Sequence record: OQ708376.1
Direction: 5' to 3' (one strand)
DNA length: 64,000 bases
In this document: piece by piece, positions 55,966-63,806 of the stretch
How the letters are laid out: each line of letters begins with the position of its first letter
How positions within the stretch are numbered: position 1 is the stretch's first letter
Position numbers and translations under genes: made by a program
The notes under the pieces: generated by a model
Told to the model about the DNA's origin: nothing
Seen by the model: only the letters and a program-made list of their open reading frames with translations
Databases searched by the model: none

Positions 55966-56351
55966 GATGGAAGAAACGTCACATTAAGCGTTTTGAGAAA
56001 ATAATTAAAAAATATTACTCACATAAGTTAGATCCGATGATTCTTCAGCTAAGGACCAGTATTTTTGATAGACGTTATCCGCAGTGTTTAGAATCGTACA
56101 GTCGTAAGCGTTCCAAGAATGAATACCAGGTGTATCGTTATGATTTATCTGAATTGTTTTTGAATACTCGTGTATCAGTACCAATCAAGCTGTACTCAAG
56201 GGTAAAACGAAGTAGGGTTCAAGATATTACATATGGATATCTTATGATTGAAATCGACGACCTCAATGAAAAAACTGGCAGAAATTACAGTACTTTATGT
56301 CTGGAAAATCATGATTCAATAAAAAGAATCATAGAAGAGTTGGGAAAGTGA
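55962..56351 (+). CDS. basic hypothetical protein
   Basis: AAGGAG upstream; ATGA overlap. Confidence 0.7.
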   Translation: MRWKKRHIKRFEKIIKKYYSHKLDPMILQLRTSIFDRRYPQCLESYSRKRSKNEYQVYRYDLSELFLNTRVSVPIKLYSRVKRSRVQDITYGYLMIEIDDLNEKTGRNYSTLCLENHDSIKRIIEELGK

Positions 56352-56369
56352 GATTTTTAGTGCTATAAT
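56342..56369 (+). promoter_or_regulatory. variant of the GGGACA-N16-TATAAT promoter
   Basis: GGGAAA-N16 with TGC+TATAAT (56364-56369). Confidence 0.5.
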
Positions 56370-56380
56370 TGGAGATGAGT

Positions 56381-56725
56381 ATGAAATACATCGATAAAGG
56401 TACAGTGGAGACACAGTACTGGAATATCCATATTGCTGGTGATATTCAAACAGCAAGAGAGTACACAAGAAAGTTTGCGTTTAAGCATGGCTTTTGTGTA
56501 CAATTAATTCCCTGTGAATATATCTACACTGGCGGTCTTGAAAGTGGGATGTGTGCTCGTATTATTCAGTACCCACGCTTTCCAAAAGAAGAAGTATATC
56601 TCAACCGAGATGTATTAAACTATGCAAAGGGTTTAGCTGAAGAGTTGTGTCAAAAGAGCTTTACTATAGAGCGAAATAATGATACAATTTATTATGAAAG
56701 TGATGAACCTTTACACAAGAAATAA
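56381..56725 (+). CDS. hypothetical protein
   Basis: GGAG upstream of ATG 56381; YIYTGG.E.G...IIQYPRFP. Confidence 0.75.
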   Translation: MKYIDKGTVETQYWNIHIAGDIQTAREYTRKFAFKHGFCVQLIPCEYIYTGGLESGMCARIIQYPRFPKEEVYLNRDVLNYAKGLAEELCQKSFTIERNNDTIYYESDEPLHKK

Positions 56726-56736
56726 AAGGAAAATAT

Positions 56737-56868
56737 ATGAATGGACTAAAGAAATTTGGTAAAGATTTTCTAAAATGTATACGCTATACATATGATGCAA
56801 ACCCAGAAATGACTGCTATTGTGGGTGTGTTTATTACACTCGTTGTATTAAGCTTTATTGTGGTGTAA
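56737..56868 (+). CDS. small membrane protein (43 aa), not in the ORF track
   Basis: AAGGA upstream; C-terminal hydrophobic helix. Confidence 0.55.
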   Translation: MNGLKKFGKDFLKCIRYTYDANPEMTAIVGVFITLVVLSFIVV

Positions 56869-56871
56869 CAT

Positions 56872-57075
56872 ATGATTGAAATTAATGCTGATATCTATTG
56901 TAGTGCAGCACCAAATTACTTCATTTATGCACTAAGTACATTTGGTGAAACTGAAGGTGAAACTTTTGTTTTAGTAGAGAATACTACATGGTTCAAAACA
57001 AGTAATAAAATTCCGAAAGATGTTTTGGAAACATATGTTCGTATTGAAAATAAAAACATATATGTAATTTTATAG
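56872..57075 (+). CDS. hypothetical protein
   Basis: Packed + strand ORF. Confidence 0.6.
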   Translation: MIEINADIYCSAAPNYFIYALSTFGETEGETFVLVENTTWFKTSNKIPKDVLETYVRIENKNIYVIL

Positions 57076-57082
57076 GTAAAAT

Positions 57083-57493
57083 ATGATTGAAATGGAAGGA
57101 ACTCTGGTGTATGATCCAGACCGTGGCACTATGAAAAAGAAGAAGGACTTCTGGTTAGTACTGCAACTTCCATTACAGTTGGTTAGATACTACCAGTATT
57201 TCATCAGAACTGATTTACATATTGACGTTAAAGATCCTCAATGGGGAGCACATGTTAGTATAGTGCGTGGTGAAGTACCACCACATGAAGAGTTCTGGAA
57301 AAAATACGATGGAATGAAAGTAAAGATAAAGTTCAATCCTTGTATTGAGATAGTAAAAGATAAAAAGAATCCAGGTTCATTCTTTATCATTGAATTTGAA
57401 GATGATTTCATCACACACATTAGAAACGAACTAGGACTACCAACCAAGTACTTTAAATATCACATAACTGTAGGTAGAACCTACTACGATTAA
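57083..57493 (+). CDS. 2H phosphoesterase-fold protein
   Basis: Two H-x-S/T motifs (AHVSIV, YHITVG) about 70 aa apart. Confidence 0.7.
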   Translation: MIEMEGTLVYDPDRGTMKKKKDFWLVLQLPLQLVRYYQYFIRTDLHIDVKDPQWGAHVSIVRGEVPPHEEFWKKYDGMKVKIKFNPCIEIVKDKKNPGSFFIIEFEDDFITHIRNELGLPTKYFKYHITVGRTYYD

Positions 57494-57517
57494 TGTGGTT
57501 TTTACAGTAAATATGTC

Positions 57518-57545
57518 TTGTAATAAAATAAAAATATGCTATACT
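57518..57545 (+). promoter_or_regulatory. sigma70-type promoter for the lysin leader
   Basis: TTGTAA-N16-TATACT with extended TG. Confidence 0.45.
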
Positions 57546-57661
57546 ACTTAAACATTTGAAAAGAACGTTTTTGTACTGTAGAAAGTCCGATGAGGCTTTT
57601 GCAAATGGCCTCTTTGCCATCTTTGTGATTGCCCATCTTAACAATCAACAAAGGAGGCGTT

Positions 57662-58588
57662 TTGAAACAAGCGAAAAAAGCACTGAAAACTAAGACTACT
57701 TATGGTGTTCTAGTTTGCACAGTACTTGTCGCTGCGATTGGATTTTATGGTTTTTCTCAAAATGATCGTGTATCATCATCGGACGAAAGTCAGGTACACA
57801 ATTTAAAACCACAAGTTACGCAAATTCAAAAGCAGGAATTACCAAAGGTAGAAATATCAAAGGATGTTCCACGCGGCGAGAAGCATTATACGGTTCAACC
57901 TGGTGATAGTTATTATTCTATTGCTAAAAAGTTTAAACCTAAAAATGTACAACTTGAAGAGTATGTTATTTTGTTGAAAAATATCAATTTAAATGCTACT
58001 CTTCATACTTCTCAGGGTATCTTTATCCCAACAAAAGAGGATTTGAAGAACGTATTGTTACCAGATGTGACTGTACTGTTTGATTATAATGATCCAGAAA
58101 TTGTCAATCACATCAAAGAAGCTGAAGGTTCAATTGAATTTCAGTCCAAGAACAAACGCCGTTTACTTGGTGGGAAAGTCGGAGTTCCTTTCCACAATTC
58201 TAAATTTCATCCCTACAAGGACATGAAAGGTAATTATACAATAGGTTATGGGCATTATTTGGGTAGAAAAGAATCTGATGCGATTAAGTACAGAAACGGT
58301 ATTACCAAAGCTCAAGCCAATAAACTTTTAATGCAAGATATGAAAAGAACATATAATGACTTTTTATTATTGATGCAGAAAAAAGAAGCAGTAAATCTGA
58401 CCAAAGAACAACAACGTATTCTTTATGAAATGTCCTATACAATGGGTGTTGATAAATTAGCAACGTTTAATAAACTTTGGAAAAGTGTGAAAAATGATAA
58501 CCCTAAGAAATTTAAAAAAGAAATTATGAATTCCTTATGGTATCGTCAAGTTACAAACCGAGCAGATTTGTTGTTAAGTTCACTCTAA
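57662..58588 (+). CDS. membrane-anchored LysM + T4-lysozyme-like muramidase
   Basis: N-terminal TM helix; LysM YTVQPGDSYYSIAKKF; lysozyme IKEAEG, YKD..G..TIGYGH, LWYRQV..RA; TTG start 4 nt after AAGGAGG. Confidence 0.85.
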   Translation: MKQAKKALKTKTTYGVLVCTVLVAAIGFYGFSQNDRVSSSDESQVHNLKPQVTQIQKQELPKVEISKDVPRGEKHYTVQPGDSYYSIAKKFKPKNVQLEEYVILLKNINLNATLHTSQGIFIPTKEDLKNVLLPDVTVLFDYNDPEIVNHIKEAEGSIEFQSKNKRRLLGGKVGVPFHNSKFHPYKDMKGNYTIGYGHYLGRKESDAIKYRNGITKAQANKLLMQDMKRTYNDFLLLMQKKEAVNLTKEQQRILYEMSYTMGVDKLATFNKLWKSVKNDNPKKFKKEIMNSLWYRQVTNRADLLLSSL

Positions 58589-58604
58589 AAAAGGTAGGTA
58601 AATT

Positions 58605-58937
58605 ATGCTAAAATTAAATATTCAAGGTAATGTTGATTTTACTACAGCAATTCAAGATGCAATTTACGATGGTGCTAAATGTCTTGAAAAGTTCCGTACT
58701 TCAACTGTAATGGATATTGAAGTTCATGTGAAGAAAGAGCATAAGTCTCAATACTCTGTGACTATAACATCAGGTAGTAAATCAGTTACTGCCGATGCAG
58801 CAGATTTATACAAAGCAATTGGTGATTCATTTGAAAAAATGGAAACTGTATTCAGTAAAGACAAAAGCATTAAATTACACCGCCGAAACCATCCAGAACA
58901 CCCAGTTCTTAATGATTTGACAGAAAACGAAGAGTAA
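58605..58937 (+). CDS. hpf: ribosome hibernation factor (HPF/RaiA-like)
   Basis: LNIQG.NVDFT.AI, DLYKAIGDSFEKM pattern matches HPF; acidic tail. Confidence 0.75.
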   Translation: MLKLNIQGNVDFTTAIQDAIYDGAKCLEKFRTSTVMDIEVHVKKEHKSQYSVTITSGSKSVTADAADLYKAIGDSFEKMETVFSKDKSIKLHRRNHPEHPVLNDLTENEE

Positions 58938-58946
58938 TATATACTA

Positions 58947-58975
58947 AAGGGACAGATTAATTCTGTCCCTTTTCT
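58947..58975 (+). terminator. intrinsic terminator
   Basis: AAGGGACAG-attaatt-CTGTCCCTT then T run. Confidence 0.8.
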
Positions 58976-58990
58976 TATGGAGTTTTAATT

Positions 58991-59386
58991 ATGAATTATT
59001 CCTGGATGGAAATTGTAAAATCTCTAATATCAACACATGATATGGACTTACCTGAACACCTAGTTATTAATAGATGGTACTATCCATATCCAGATAACCG
59101 TTGTGTTGGGATTGGATTTTTTATTAATGAAAAATCTCAATATATTGGATTAATTGAAGATTATACAAAAACCAACATTGCGTTCTCTATTGAGTTGAAT
59201 GTAGATCACATAAAATACTACACCAATAAAATGGACGAAGACGATGGTGATGTTATAATTCCAGCAGAAATAGACGAAGCTTCATTTTTTCAGTTATCAT
59301 TAATTCATGATGTATCTGATATTACTTATGATAATGTGAAAGACCTTTTTATATTGTACAATAAACTGTATAATTACTTTTTATAA
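58991..59386 (+). CDS. hypothetical protein (E.SFFQ-motif family)
   Basis: IDEASFFQLSL; GGAG upstream. Confidence 0.7.
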   Translation: MNYSWMEIVKSLISTHDMDLPEHLVINRWYYPYPDNRCVGIGFFINEKSQYIGLIEDYTKTNIAFSIELNVDHIKYYTNKMDEDDGDVIIPAEIDEASFFQLSLIHDVSDITYDNVKDLFILYNKLYNYFL

Positions 59387-59399
59387 TGGAGATAAATTT

Positions 59400-59585
59400 A
59401 TGGAATATACAATATGTATAGTTATATGTATCATATCCTTACTAGTCGGGGTTGGTGTGATGATTTATTGTGATGCAGAACCCAGTACAGAAACAGGAAC
59501 AACTATTGAACTTAAGCCTGGTATTAAGGTAAATGATTCATATTGTTACGATCCACATAGTAATAAGTATGTGATTTGTATATGA
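59400..59585 (+). CDS. small membrane protein
   Basis: N-terminal hydrophobic helix; GGAG upstream. Confidence 0.65.
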   Translation: MEYTICIVICIISLLVGVGVMIYCDAEPSTETGTTIELKPGIKVNDSYCYDPHSNKYVICI

Positions 59586-59992
59586 AAAAGTTTGATATTA
59601 AACCTATGATTGATGCTATCGAAATTAAATTAAAAAATACTAAAAAGCCAGATAGTACAGGTTTGTTCTTTAGTTTAGATAAAATGTATTATGAAACACA
59701 CGTGTCAAGTTATGATAGAACAGGAAATCTCTTCATCCGTACATATAACTTATTTTATAGTGAAGATGTTTTTATGATAGATATAAATCTGGATGAAAGT
59801 ATAGTGTTGATGTATATTGAGGATGTTCAATCAACAGAACAACGAAACGGGACTCTTCCTATTGCTGCTACAGAGGAAGAGTTTATGCAATATCAGTTCA
59901 TTGAGGATACCTTTGGCATTGACTTTGATACATATCAGAGTATAATGAGGGTATACGAACTTTATGAGGATTATGTGATTGGACGTTACTAA
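59582..59992 (+). CDS. hypothetical protein (EEEFMQ-motif family)
   Basis: GTLP...EEEFMQYQFIEDTFGIDF. Confidence 0.7.
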   Translation: MKKFDIKPMIDAIEIKLKNTKKPDSTGLFFSLDKMYYETHVSSYDRTGNLFIRTYNLFYSEDVFMIDINLDESIVLMYIEDVQSTEQRNGTLPIAATEEEFMQYQFIEDTFGIDFDTYQSIMRVYELYEDYVIGRY

Positions 59993-60401
59993 AATTCCAA
60001 AATTTAATGAAACGTTAAAGTACTTTGCTGAACATGAAATCAGTACTGAAAGACGTGGTTTAGTTACATATAATCAACATCGTGTAATGTACACTAATAA
60101 TTTTCAGGGTACTGTTCGTATTAAATTTCGTAATGCACTCGACGACAATGATGAATTGTTAATTTTACTAAGAAAAAGTAAGATTGAATTGACATACGCA
60201 ACTCACCATATTGAAAGTGAGTTGATGTGGCACACCCTATCAAAAAAAGAAGGGACATTACCAGTTGATGATAATGGACCAGAAACACTTGATCAGTACA
60301 TGTTCATTGATGATACATTTGGCATTGACTATTCTGCATATCAGTGTATACTAGCTATACACGAAAAATATTACGACCGTCTACGTGATAGATTAATTTA
60401 A
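59979..60401 (+). CDS. hypothetical protein, paralogue of the previous gene
   Basis: GTLP...QYMFIDDTFGIDY. Confidence 0.7.
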   Translation: MDVTKIPKFNETLKYFAEHEISTERRGLVTYNQHRVMYTNNFQGTVRIKFRNALDDNDELLILLRKSKIELTYATHHIESELMWHTLSKKEGTLPVDDNGPETLDQYMFIDDTFGIDYSAYQCILAIHEKYYDRLRDRLI

Positions 60402-60412
60402 TTGGAGGCATT

Positions 60413-60535
60413 ATGATTGCTATGTTAGAAGAAGATTGGGGTGTTTCCGAGCAAGGCACTGATGAATATGAATACCCAGAATATAAGCCCAAAGGCTTCT
60501 GGGAACGTTTGCGTGATTGGTTGATGGGGGAATAA
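60413..60535 (+). CDS. small acidic protein (40 aa), not in the ORF track
   Basis: GGAGG upstream; MIAMLEEDWGVSEQGTDEYEYPEYKPKGFWERLRDWLMGE. Confidence 0.6.
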   Translation: MIAMLEEDWGVSEQGTDEYEYPEYKPKGFWERLRDWLMGE

Positions 60536-60536
60536 T

Positions 60537-61649
60537 ATGAAAAAGTATTTGGTTGGTGGCTACGTCCGTGACCGTTTAATGGGTCTTCGTGCAAAAGACA
60601 AAGATTATGTCATTGTCGGAGCAACTGAATCTGATATTAAGTACTTGCAAAGTATTGGCTATAAGCAAGTAGGTAAGGATTTCCCTGTATATCTAAGTCC
60701 AGAAGGTAATGAACACGCATTAGCCCGTACTGAGCGTAAAACTGGTACTGGATATGGTGGCTTTGAAGTGGATACAAAAGGCGTAACACTCGAACAAGAT
60801 TTGTATCGCCGTGACCTAACAATAAATGCAATTTCGTATGATCCAGTACTACAAATTCACATTGACCCATACGGTGGTAAAGCTGATATCAAGAACAAGG
60901 TACTACGTCATGTGTCTGACCATTTTAAAGAAGATCCATTACGTGTGTTACGTCTTGCTCGATTTGCTACTCGTTATTCTGACTTTACTATCCATGAAAG
61001 CACTGAGGAACTCGCTATTGGAATGGTCAATAGTGGTGAGCTAAATCATCTTGTTCCTGACCGTGTGTTTGTGGAATTCGAAAAAGCATTTTCCGAAGAA
61101 AAGCCTGCAAAGTTCCTTAAGACGCTAAGTAAATTTGGTTATTACGAAAAGGTGTTTAATACATCTTTGACCAAAAAGAATTTAGACCTTATTGATTATA
61201 TTGCAGAGAACTGTACAGATGTATATAAACCATATTTTCTGTGGTCTATTCTTCTTGAAAATGAAGAAGTAAATAATGATTCAGTACTTAACGGTGCTAT
61301 TAAAGTTCCAGTTAAGTATGTTAAATTTAGTAATTATATCAAACGTTTCCGTGATGATATCAAAACATTCCGTAAAAAGACCCCTATTGAAATGGGTAAT
61401 ATTTTATTGGATATGAATATTAAAAATAACGGAGGTGAAGAATTCCTTTATAAAGTTTTGGAATACTTCATTTTGCGAAAAGAAATTGATTTAGAACTTG
61501 AAGATCTAATTATTAAAGTTTATGATCGTTATACTGATGTTGAATTGCCTGATATTCAGCAAATGGTCAAAGATGGTGAACTTGAAACGTCAGAAATTCG
61601 TGATTTTGTTTGTGAACTTCGTTACGAAGCAATCAAACAAATGTTCTAA
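60537..61649 (+). CDS. cca: tRNA nucleotidyltransferase (CCA-adding enzyme, class II), no HD domain
   Basis: VGGYVRD, DKDY, ALARTERK, DLYRRDLTINA, EDPLRVLR.ARF. Confidence 0.93.
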   Translation: MKKYLVGGYVRDRLMGLRAKDKDYVIVGATESDIKYLQSIGYKQVGKDFPVYLSPEGNEHALARTERKTGTGYGGFEVDTKGVTLEQDLYRRDLTINAISYDPVLQIHIDPYGGKADIKNKVLRHVSDHFKEDPLRVLRLARFATRYSDFTIHESTEELAIGMVNSGELNHLVPDRVFVEFEKAFSEEKPAKFLKTLSKFGYYEKVFNTSLTKKNLDLIDYIAENCTDVYKPYFLWSILLENEEVNNDSVLNGAIKVPVKYVKFSNYIKRFRDDIKTFRKKTPIEMGNILLDMNIKNNGGEEFLYKVLEYFILRKEIDLELEDLIIKVYDRYTDVELPDIQQMVKDGELETSEIRDFVCELRYEAIKQMF

Positions 61650-61657
61650 AAAATAGT

Positions 61658-61685
61658 GGGACAAAAAACCAATAACTGATATAAT
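61658..61685 (+). promoter_or_regulatory. promoter, GGGACA-N16-TATAAT class
   Basis: GGGACA 61658-61663, TGA+TATAAT 61680-61685. Confidence 0.65.
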
Positions 61686-61726
61686 TATTAGTATCTGAAC
61701 ATCGATTGATGACAAAGAGATAAGAT

Positions 61727-62159
61727 ATGCGTTATAGTTGTGGTATAATATTTTATCGTGATGGTCAGATACTTATCGGACATACAACACGGACAGAATC
61801 ATTGGGATTTACCTAAAGGGAAAGCTGAGGGTAATGAAACTTTCAAAGAAGCTGCTGTACGTGAATGTTTCGAAGAGACAGGATACGAAATCGATGAAGA
61901 TGATCTTCTGTTTCTTGGTGATGTATCCTATAGAAAGGGAAAAAGGTTAGTACTTTTCTTTTATACTGCCAAAGACAAACCAATACCAGATGAATTAGTT
62001 TGTAAAAGTACTTACACTAATAGATATGGTAAGAGTCATCCAGAATTGGATAAGTTCATGTACATTGATGTACGAGAATGTCAAAAGTATTTGACTGAAC
62101 GAATGTGTAACAGTATTATTAAAGCTGTTAAAGCTTTTCAAAGAAATAGAAGGAAATAA
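61727..62159 (+). CDS. Nudix hydrolase (T4 NudE/Ap4A-hydrolase-like) split by a +1 frameshift near 61790
   Basis: Frame from 61727 gives MRYSCGIIFYRDGQILIGHTT; the +1 frame continues GQNHWDLPKGKAEGNETFKEAAVRECFEETG. Confidence 0.8.
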
Positions 62160-62160
62160 C

Positions 62161-62409
62161 ATGAAAGTTAAAATTTATGGTCGCAAGACTGGTTGTAAAT
62201 TTTGCGACACTGCAAAAGCTGTATGTGAACAAAATAAATTTGAAATGGAGTTTGTAGATATTGTTGCTGAAGGTATCGATGGTTCAAAACTGTCTGAAAT
62301 TTGTGGTGAACCAGTTCGTCAAGTTCCTCAAATTTTCGTAAATGACATTTATGTACCAGGTGGTTGTACTGGGTTTATTGAAGGTCTTAAAGAAGGTCGT
62401 TGGAACTAA
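62161..62409 (+). CDS. glutaredoxin
   Basis: GCKFC, VPQIF, GG motifs. Confidence 0.9.
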   Translation: MKVKIYGRKTGCKFCDTAKAVCEQNKFEMEFVDIVAEGIDGSKLSEICGEPVRQVPQIFVNDIYVPGGCTGFIEGLKEGRWN

Positions 62410-62651
62410 TGGATATTGAAAAAGTATCATCTCGTGCAAAACAACTAGCTGATACGTTGGGAGTAGAGTTCAAAATTCCTGATATTTCAATAGCTAAAGA
62501 AAAAGCCCAGATTAAAATTAACAAGATGAAAGAATATCTATCTAAACAAGAACAGTATGATTCCGCTGTCGAATTTATTGTAAAATCTTTTAGTAAAGAT
62601 GATATTTTGGCATTTATCAAATATGTGAAGGTTTCTGGCAACCCTAAATAA
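62409..62651 (+). CDS. hypothetical protein
   Basis: TAATG overlap at 62409. Confidence 0.65.
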   Translation: MDIEKVSSRAKQLADTLGVEFKIPDISIAKEKAQIKINKMKEYLSKQEQYDSAVEFIVKSFSKDDILAFIKYVKVSGNPK

Positions 62652-62697
62652 ATGTGAAGAACAAAAAGTTCTTCTTAACAATTTGGGAGATACTATT

Positions 62698-62940
62698 ATG
62701 CTCAGTTTTCGTGAACAATTAGCAAAAGGTCAATTTCAGGCTAAAGCTCAAACTAATATTCCTAAAAAATCTGCATTTTTAGGAACAATTACGGAAGATG
62801 GATTTTGTGATTATGATGCACCAGAAGATTCATGGTACATTACAAAAGACACAAAACGCAGTAATAGACTTCACAAAAGTACAATAGCTAGAAAGCATCG
62901 AAAAGAATTAAAGAAAATCCGTTTCGGTGAAGAAGAATAA
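62698..62940 (+). CDS. hypothetical protein
   Basis: GGGAG upstream of in-frame ATG 62698. Confidence 0.7.
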   Translation: MLSFREQLAKGQFQAKAQTNIPKKSAFLGTITEDGFCDYDAPEDSWYITKDTKRSNRLHKSTIARKHRKELKKIRFGEEE

Positions 62941-62949
62941 TTTAAAATA

Positions 62950-62978
62950 AGGACTCTGAACACAGAGTCCTTTCTTTT
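62950..62978 (+). terminator. intrinsic terminator
   Basis: AAGGACTCTG-aaca-CAGAGTCCTT then T-rich run. Confidence 0.8.
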
Positions 62979-62989
62979 CGGAGAATATA

Positions 62990-63466
62990 ATGATTCATGA
63001 ACACCGAGGTAATCTGTTTGAATTATTCAGTACTGTTACAGATGATAAAACAGCAATACATATAATTGCTCATGGTTGTAACGCACAGGGTAAAATGGGT
63101 TCAGGTTTTGCAAAAGAGCTAAGAAATCGTTACCCAATGGCATATGATGATTATAAAGCATATGAAAAGGAAATGGGATTTCTTAGAATTGGACAAATTG
63201 CATATTCAGCAATTAACGATAATTTGATTATTGCAAACTGTATTACCCAAAAAATGTACGGTAATGACGGTGCTAAATATGTCAGTTATGATGCAATCGA
63301 CGATGTGTTCAAACATCTAAATTATTTTTGTAAAGTTGATCGAGATGTTCATGTACACTTCCCGAAAATTGGAGCCGATTTGGGCGGCGGTAACTGGAAC
63401 GTTATCAAAGAAATCATTGATCACCGACTGGTCAATGCAGAAAAACACTTATACATTCTAAAATAA
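62990..63466 (+). CDS. macrodomain protein (T4 Tk.4/Poa1-like)
   Basis: GNLF, IAHGCNAQGKMGSGFA, FPKIGADLGGGNW. Confidence 0.88.
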   Translation: MIHEHRGNLFELFSTVTDDKTAIHIIAHGCNAQGKMGSGFAKELRNRYPMAYDDYKAYEKEMGFLRIGQIAYSAINDNLIIANCITQKMYGNDGAKYVSYDAIDDVFKHLNYFCKVDRDVHVHFPKIGADLGGGNWNVIKEIIDHRLVNAEKHLYILK

Positions 63467-63485
63467 ACAAAAGGACTTGACAAAA

Positions 63486-63794
63486 ATGACTATGACCGTT
63501 AAACTACTAAACATCAATAACATTGGCCCAGTACTAGCAGTTCTACAAACCGATTCTGCTGAAGCTGTTGTAGTTAACTACCCAGCACAACTAGGGACTG
63601 ACGAAAATGGTGAAATCATTCTTCGTGATTATCTAGAGTTTGTTAGTATGGAGAAAAATGTTATTTTTTATAAATCCAACATTATTAGTGTTAGTGATGC
63701 AAACCCTGCATTAGTTGATGCTTATGTTGATGCTATTAAAGCAATCGAAAACACTCCAAAAGTTTTCGTTCCTGAGAATAAAATCATTCTATAA
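63486..63794 (+). CDS. hypothetical protein, possibly small beta-barrel (Sm-like)
   Basis: AAGGA upstream; start TTG 63477, ATG 63486 or ATG 63492. Confidence 0.65.
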   Translation: MTMTVKLLNINNIGPVLAVLQTDSAEAVVVNYPAQLGTDENGEIILRDYLEFVSMEKNVIFYKSNIISVSDANPALVDAYVDAIKAIENTPKVFVPENKIIL

Positions 63795-63806
63795 TAGAGG
63801 TATATA

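Noticed and set aside
2771-62641. Most minus-strand and nested alternative-frame ORFs in the track (e.g. 2771, 8073, 10635, 15808, 18310, 28873)
   Set aside because: They lie wholly over better-supported + strand genes, lack SD signals and show no motifs; treated as shadow ORFs.
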